From Candidatus Firestoneibacteriota bacterium (GTDB lineage Bacteria; Oederibacteriota; D2-FULL-39-29; JBBTED01), in the NCBI GenBank assembly GCA_038042445.1, contig JBBTED010000027.1, forward strand, positions 42,470 through 106,469: DNA of 64,000 bases. Direction: 5' to 3'. Positions 58,690 through 64,000 of the stretch are shown here, piece after piece. The notes under the pieces were generated by a model. The model was not told where the DNA came from. It saw nothing but the letters and a program-made list of their open reading frames with translations, and searched no databases. How positions within the stretch are numbered: position 1 is the stretch's first letter; every line of letters begins with the position of its first letter. The position numbers and the translations under genes were made by a program.

Positions 58690-59667
58690 TTATCCGTTAT
58701 ATTTAACCGCATTTCTTTTTTTTACCTTTCTAAACTCAATTGCACTATCAACTATTTTAAAAATATCATACTGAGGTTTATAACCCAAACCAGATTTTGC
58801 TTTTGTAATATCTATTGTAAAATCATAGAAATTGTCAGAGGTAAATTCCACAACTGGCAAATCCAATTTTTTAGAAATATATTTTGATAAAATATCATAA
58901 GAAAACGCTGAAGGTGCCGCTATATTAAATGTCTGATTTATTGCAACTTTGTTGCCTAATGCAAGCATAAATGATTGAATAACATCTAATATTCCGACTA
59001 TATGTCTTATAAATGGCTTTTTGTCTGGATGTAAAAGACAACCTACTCCATTTTTTTTCTTTTTAAAAAATTCTTTTTGTATTTTTGTTTTTGCCAAACC
59101 TTCCCAAGCAGGCCCACCAAAATCAGGTGGCATTAGAGTCATATATGCCAAAATATCATCTTCATCATGAATCCATGAAAATCTAAGTATAGTCACAGGC
59201 AATCCATATTGAATTTGATATTGCTGACACATTGTTTCTTCCATAACTTTTGAAAAAGCATAATAACCGGGATATGCAGCCAAAGGTGCATTTTCATCCA
59301 AAGAATAGCGATGGGGATAATAAAAAATTCCAAGTGATGCATCTCCACCTGCTAAAATAAATTGCTTCACTTTTTGCCTTCTACATTCCTCAAGCAAATT
59401 AAATGTTCCTTTTATACTTGTATCTATGAAATGTTCTCTGTCTTCTTTACAAGTAGCCAGATGACATACTGCATCTATATCATTAAATACTTTACCAACA
59501 AATTTTTCATCACTAACAGAACCTTGGACAACTTCAACTTTTTCAAATTTAACTGGAGTTTTAAATTGAATTGCTCTCACATTATATCCTGCTTTAACTA
59601 AAACAGGTATCAAACTCCTTCCAATTTTCCCGCTCGCCCCTGTTACAAGTACATTTTTTATTTTCAT
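58690..59667 (-). CDS. NAD-dependent epimerase/dehydratase
   Basis: VLVTGASGKIG, YAFSK. Confidence 0.88.
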   Translation of the reverse strand: MKIKNVLVTGASGKIGRSLIPVLVKAGYNVRAIQFKTPVKFEKVEVVQGSVSDEKFVGKVFNDIDAVCHLATCKEDREHFIDTSIKGTFNLLEECRRQKVKQFILAGGDASLGIFYYPHRYSLDENAPLAAYPGYYAFSKVMEETMCQQYQIQYGLPVTILRFSWIHDEDDILAYMTLMPPDFGGPAWEGLAKTKIQKEFFKKKKNGVGCLLHPDKKPFIRHIVGILDVIQSFMLALGNKVAINQTFNIAAPSAFSYDILSKYISKKLDLPVVEFTSDNFYDFTIDITKAKSGLGYKPQYDIFKIVDSAIEFRKVKKRNAVKYNG

Positions 59668-59674
59668 AGTATTT

Positions 59675-60610
59675 TCACCATTCTAACAAAATTTTTATTG
59701 CTTCTTTTTTGTAGATTTTTTCTACTGCTTTTTCATATTCAGTAAATTTCATAATCCCTGAAATATATTCTTTTGTAGAAATTTTTCTATTTTCCAAAAG
59801 TGATACTACAGCTTTTAAATCATCAATTGTCTGAACCTTTGAATTTCTGATTACCATTTCCTTGTGGAACCATTTACTCTGGTCAACTTCAAATTTTTCG
59901 TTTGTAAACCCAAAAATCATAACTTCTTTTCTTGTTATTTCAAATGAATTTAAAATAGATGCAGGAACTCCTGTGCAATCAATCACAGTATCAACTCCTG
60001 TTTTTATCAATTCTTGCAAACTTTTAGAATCAGAAGGATCAAAAATTTCATTGACTCCCAACTTTTTTGCAGATTCTGCTCTTTTTTGTGAAATTTCTAC
60101 ACCTATTATTTTTTTAGGATTTTTTAATTTCAGAATTTGCAAAATTGCAAGCCCTGCAGGTCCCAAACCAACAATTGCAATTTCTTTTTTATCTATGTTA
60201 TCAAGAAAACAAATACAATGATGTGCACATCCAAAAAGTTCTAAAATTGCCGCTTCTTGAGAAGATATATCTTTTTTAATTTTTACAACAGAATTTGCCT
60301 TCCTTAAAACATATTCGCTATAAAGCATAGGACCACCTTTTGTCATCATAATTACACGGTCATCTATTTTTAAATCTTTTACATCTTTACCTATTTCAAC
60401 TACAATTCCAACACCTTCATGGCCAAAAGCCCCGGGCTCCATAGGATATTTTATTAAATCCCCATATAACCCATATAAAATTTTGTAGTCATTCTGATTA
60501 CATATTGCAGCATATTCAAGTCTCACCACAATTTCATCTTCTTTTGGATGAGGATATTCAATATCAACAATTCTAACACTACGTGGAGCCAAAATCTGCA
60601 AAGCTTTCAT
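59675..60610 (-). CDS. Zinc-binding (MDR) dehydrogenase
   Basis: AIC..D, GHEGVG, GLGPAG. Confidence 0.88.
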   Translation of the reverse strand: MKALQILAPRSVRIVDIEYPHPKEDEIVVRLEYAAICNQNDYKILYGLYGDLIKYPMEPGAFGHEGVGIVVEIGKDVKDLKIDDRVIMMTKGGPMLYSEYVLRKANSVVKIKKDISSQEAAILELFGCAHHCICFLDNIDKKEIAIVGLGPAGLAILQILKLKNPKKIIGVEISQKRAESAKKLGVNEIFDPSDSKSLQELIKTGVDTVIDCTGVPASILNSFEITRKEVMIFGFTNEKFEVDQSKWFHKEMVIRNSKVQTIDDLKAVVSLLENRKISTKEYISGIMKFTEYEKAVEKIYKKEAIKILLEW

Positions 60611-60625
60611 ACTTCCTCCTAACGA

Positions 60626-61669
60626 CTAAAGTACAAAACTATTATTTTCTCCCATTATTACTTCAGCCAACAATTTTGTATGAATAGTTTCTTTATTTTT
60701 ACCACTTAGTTGTTCTAATATATATGTAGCTGCAGTATCTGCAATTTTTTTAATTGGTTGTTTGATTACTGGAAAAGGCTTTGTTATTTTTTTTAATACC
60801 TTAAAATCCTGTGCAGTAACTAAATTAGGATTGAACACGTCAAAACCAATAATTTGAATGTCATCAGGTATAGAAAAATTAAATTGATATGCCGCATCTA
60901 ATAAACCCATAACTATACGATTACTTTCAAGAAAAATTAAGCTGTTAGAAATTCCCCTCTTAAATATTGTCAAACAAGTATTGTAAATATTTTCTCTGCC
61001 AAAATCTGTAAAATAAATATTTTCATTGCCAAGCTGAAAACCATTTTCTTTTGCTTCATCTTTCAAACCATTTATTCTTTCATCTAAAACATACGTCCTG
61101 TTTTTTCCACCCACATAAAAAATATTTGCAATTTTTCCATTTAATATTTTTGAAACTCCATTTCTAACTGATAAATAATTATCTGTAACTACATAACTTG
61201 GTAAATCCTGACCAAAATATCTATCAACAAATACAATGGGGATATGTTTAGAACAAATAGATTTGAACACCTCATAATTTTTATTTGTTTTTTCTGGTAT
61301 AACAATCAAAGCATCAACCTGCCTTGCCAATAAATTTTCTATATGTTTCTTTTCATAATTTGCATTATCCTCAGAACTACATATAATAGTTTGATAGCCA
61401 TTCTTAGCCAATTGTATTTCAATGTAATAGCTAATTTCCGGATAAAACAGTGTATTAATTTCAGGCAGTATTATTCCCACAGATTTTGTTGCCTTGCTAA
61501 AAAGCCCAAGTGCAATAATATTTGGTGTATAACCTAATTCTTTAGCCGATTTTTCAATTTCATCTCTTTTGTTTTTGCCTATTCTGATATATCTATTATT
61601 TAAAACTTTACTTACTGCAGTAACAGATACACCTGTTTTTTTTGCAATGTCCTTTAAAGTTATTTGCAT
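60626..61669 (-). CDS. LacI family regulator
   Basis: TLKDIAKKTGVSVTAVSKVLN, LGYTPN..A. Confidence 0.93.
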   Translation of the reverse strand: MQITLKDIAKKTGVSVTAVSKVLNNRYIRIGKNKRDEIEKSAKELGYTPNIIALGLFSKATKSVGIILPEINTLFYPEISYYIEIQLAKNGYQTIICSSEDNANYEKKHIENLLARQVDALIVIPEKTNKNYEVFKSICSKHIPIVFVDRYFGQDLPSYVVTDNYLSVRNGVSKILNGKIANIFYVGGKNRTYVLDERINGLKDEAKENGFQLGNENIYFTDFGRENIYNTCLTIFKRGISNSLIFLESNRIVMGLLDAAYQFNFSIPDDIQIIGFDVFNPNLVTAQDFKVLKKITKPFPVIKQPIKKIADTAATYILEQLSGKNKETIHTKLLAEVIMGENNSFVL

Positions 61670-61690
61670 AATATAGTAGTTTCTCCTGCA

Positions 61691-61745
61691 AGACTTCTGC
61701 CAATCTTACTGTTTGTTCCTGTAACTAAAATTTTTTGTTATCAAC
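61691..61745 (-). pseudogene. Relic 5' end of an NAD-dependent epimerase gene
   Basis: Translates KILVTGTNSKIGRSL, versus NVLVTGASGKIGRSL in the gene at 58690-59667. Confidence 0.55.
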
Positions 61746-61755
61746 TTTTTCCTAT

Positions 61756-63306
61756 TTACAATCCCATAAGTTCATAAGAAGAATCTGCAAAAGGATTTTT
61801 ACTGTTTTTCATTTCCTGATAAAGCTGTAATTTTAATTCTTTTAAAATTTCTATGTATTCCGGATTATCTATTAAATTATTTAACTCATACGGGTCATTT
61901 TTTAGGTCGTATAATTCGTCTATATCAGATGGGGTAAAAATATATTTGCAGTTTTCAAATCTTATCATATTTTGAAAATGCATACCGCGTCTGTCAAATC
62001 CATAAAATTGACTTGTAACATTTTTTCTGACTTTTTCCTGTTTGCCTTCAATTATTGGAAGCAAACTATAAGAATCAATATCCTGTGGTTGTGAAACTCC
62101 ACAAATATCTAATATTGTAGAAAATATATCCATATTACTTGCAAAAGCTGAACATCTATTTTTGACAATATTTTCTCCGGAACGAACTATCAATGGCACT
62201 TTATATGTTTCTTCATACATATAAGGTCCCTTATCCCACAAACCTCCATGACATCCAAGTGTATCCCCATGGTCAGATGTGAAAATTACTACTGTATTTT
62301 TATCAAGTCCAAGGTTTTTTAATTCATTTAGTATTTTTCCTATTTGAAAATCTATCATAGACATAGAATCAAAATGTGCTGCAATTATTTTCTGCCATAA
62401 TTTCCATCCTCCAGCAGATAATCTTTTATGCAAATATTTTATATATTTTTTTTGTATCCGTGGCTTATTAGAAAGATCATCATAAAAGTTTTTCCATTCC
62501 TGTATATTTTCAGGATTGTGTTTACCTGCAAATTCCGGTGAAGATAACGCAGGATGATGTGGACCCCAAAATGCTGCTGTTATAAAAAATGGTTTGTCTT
62601 TGTATTTCTTGAGCAATTCTATAGTTCTATTAGCAACAAAACCAGATTCTGTAAGGTTTGTTGGCAAATCTATTATACCTGCATATAAATTTCCACCGGA
62701 TAGTAGTCTTTTTGTTGTTTCAGAAATTAGCAAAGATGATTGTTCAGAAAAATTTTCTTCGCCTATTAAATTTCTGGCTTTTATTGCATTTAATCCTGAA
62801 TGCCCCTGCTCTTTTAAAAATTCATCGTAATCTTCAACAAAATCAGGCCATCCATAACCAGCACATTTTGTCCCTTCAAAACCATATTCACGAGGCCCTT
62901 TATTTACTCCTATATGCCATTTACCTATATATCCACATTTATAACCTGCATTCAAAAGATAATGTGTTATAACATTTTTCTCATCATCTATTTCACTCTT
63001 ACCATACGGCTGTGTTGTAGTATTATATAAAATACCATGCCTATGTGGAAGTTTGCCTGTAAAAATAGACGCTCTTGCAGGAGAACAAATAGATAACGGA
63101 GTATACGCATTGTCAAAAGTTACTCCTTCTTTGGATAAATTATCTATATTAGGTGTCTGACAAATTCCACCATAAGAACCAAGAATATTTGCTATTACCT
63201 GATCCACCATTATGAACAAAACATTTTTTTTTGCATGGTTCATTTGGGTCGTGATATTTTTCTTTGCCTCCTGTAATTCTGCTACACTTTCTAATTTGTC
63301 AGACAT
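61756..63306 (-). CDS. Sulfatase (Cys-type)
   Basis: NVLFIMVDQ, CSPARASIFTG, GKWH, FTSDHG, ELYDL..DP.E..N. Confidence 0.93.
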   Translation of the reverse strand: MSDKLESVAELQEAKKNITTQMNHAKKNVLFIMVDQVIANILGSYGGICQTPNIDNLSKEGVTFDNAYTPLSICSPARASIFTGKLPHRHGILYNTTTQPYGKSEIDDEKNVITHYLLNAGYKCGYIGKWHIGVNKGPREYGFEGTKCAGYGWPDFVEDYDEFLKEQGHSGLNAIKARNLIGEENFSEQSSLLISETTKRLLSGGNLYAGIIDLPTNLTESGFVANRTIELLKKYKDKPFFITAAFWGPHHPALSSPEFAGKHNPENIQEWKNFYDDLSNKPRIQKKYIKYLHKRLSAGGWKLWQKIIAAHFDSMSMIDFQIGKILNELKNLGLDKNTVVIFTSDHGDTLGCHGGLWDKGPYMYEETYKVPLIVRSGENIVKNRCSAFASNMDIFSTILDICGVSQPQDIDSYSLLPIIEGKQEKVRKNVTSQFYGFDRRGMHFQNMIRFENCKYIFTPSDIDELYDLKNDPYELNNLIDNPEYIEILKELKLQLYQEMKNSKNPFADSSYELMGL

Positions 63307-63320
63307 AATTTCCTCCCCTT

Positions 63321-64000
63321 TTATTCTTTAATCTGCAAAACAGAAATACCCCATGGTTGTAATTTCGTTTTGTATTGTTTTCCATTTAATTGCAAACACG
63401 CATTCGCTGGTTGACCGTGAGTTTCATAAATTACTACTTCTCTTTGCCCCTGAAGAACTCTAAAACCAGCTATATCTACTGAACGAGGTTCTATTTTTAA
63501 TAAACTATCTATAGCACGACGAGAGTTAGAGTTTTTAATAGACAAATTAACTTCTTTAATAATCGGGGGCTCTTGCAATTGTCTACCTCTTTCAGAAAGA
63601 TTAGCATCTCTCCAATCCCCTTCATAAAGGTGAATAGCAAAATTATGCTGATAATGGCCACTAAATAGTGCCCCAGTACTATGCCTATTATACTCAGTGT
63701 CTAAAGTTCCGTCTTTATTAATTCTGCCTGGTTTTGCATCTAATTCACCTTCTGCACTTGCACCTAAACGTAATCCTAATTTTCCTTCAGATGGTATAGC
63801 ACGTATCCCCTGCACTCCGCTACATGGTAAAAAAGCCATCCCCCCTTTATTTGTCTGTAGCGCAGCAAAACGATGCATAGCTACATAACTTAAATCTTTA
63901 TTGGTATGTTGTATCACACCAAAAGGAATTGAATACCACAATTCACCATTTTTATCTGGTGATTCAAGTTCAACACGTAAACCATCCGGATTCCATCCAC
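63321..64000 (-). CDS. C-terminal part of a probable glycoside hydrolase (GH38 C-terminus-like); 5' end outside the window
   Basis: Frame open to the window edge; YSIPFG, G.Y.H.FA...Y.GDW, YETHG, L.PW.I. Confidence 0.5.
   Translation of the reverse strand, partial: GWNPDGLRVELESPDKNGELWYSIPFGVIQHTNKDLSYVAMHRFAALQTNKGGMAFLPCSGVQGIRAIPSEGKLGLRLGASAEGELDAKPGRINKDGTLDTEYNRHSTGALFSGHYQHNFAIHLYEGDWRDANLSERGRQLQEPPIIKEVNLSIKNSNSRRAIDSLLKIEPRSVDIAGFRVLQGQREVVIYETHGQPANACLQLNGKQYKTKLQPWGISVLQIKE

Noticed and set aside
1962..63888. Numerous 60-150 aa ORFs antisense to, or nested within, long genes in the ORF track
   Set aside because: They are shadows of well-supported genes, with no motifs or RBS.
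55256..64000. Complete DGR, or a sulfatase-maturing FGE enzyme
   Set aside because: No reverse transcriptase, Avd or template repeat was found, and the tail is too short to be an FGE enzyme.

Overview
AT-rich chromosomal window from an anaerobic, probably diderm bacterium; taxonomy cannot be fixed from the sequence alone. Most genes are on the minus strand. Left to right: (1) a respiratory cluster with two multiheme-c/cytochrome-b fusions (19 and 11 CxxCH), a NapC/NirT-type multiheme cytochrome, MOSC, MobA, TatA and a PhnD-like lipoprotein/sensor kinase pair; (2) a compact type II PKS-like cluster (cyclase, SRPBCC aromatase, two ICMT-family methyltransferases, B12 radical SAM, KS-alpha-like ketosynthase) translationally coupled to a 7TM histidine kinase; (3) ftsE-ftsX-envC-ctpA, rarA-ygfA, and sugar catabolism genes with a 6S RNA among them; (4) a mercury-methylation operon (AbrB-like regulator, Cys-rich MerT-like membrane protein, hgcA, hgcB, TusA-DsrE fusion, CMD protein), divergent from an Fe-S/sulfur-relay operon whose IscS lacks the PLP lysine; (5) two glycan-utilisation blocks flanking recR-dnaX, tRNA-Ala(CGC) and a frameshifted MNT-HEPN pair. 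Intergenic DNA is rich in REP-like hairpin doublets and carries a 3-copy MITE with 8-bp target-site duplications. The best candidates for novel biology are the PKS-like/7TM kinase module, the extended hgc operon, a DGR variable-region-like tail on a beta-propeller protein, and DNA repeats read in two frames inside dnaX. Product calls come from motif recognition, not database searches.
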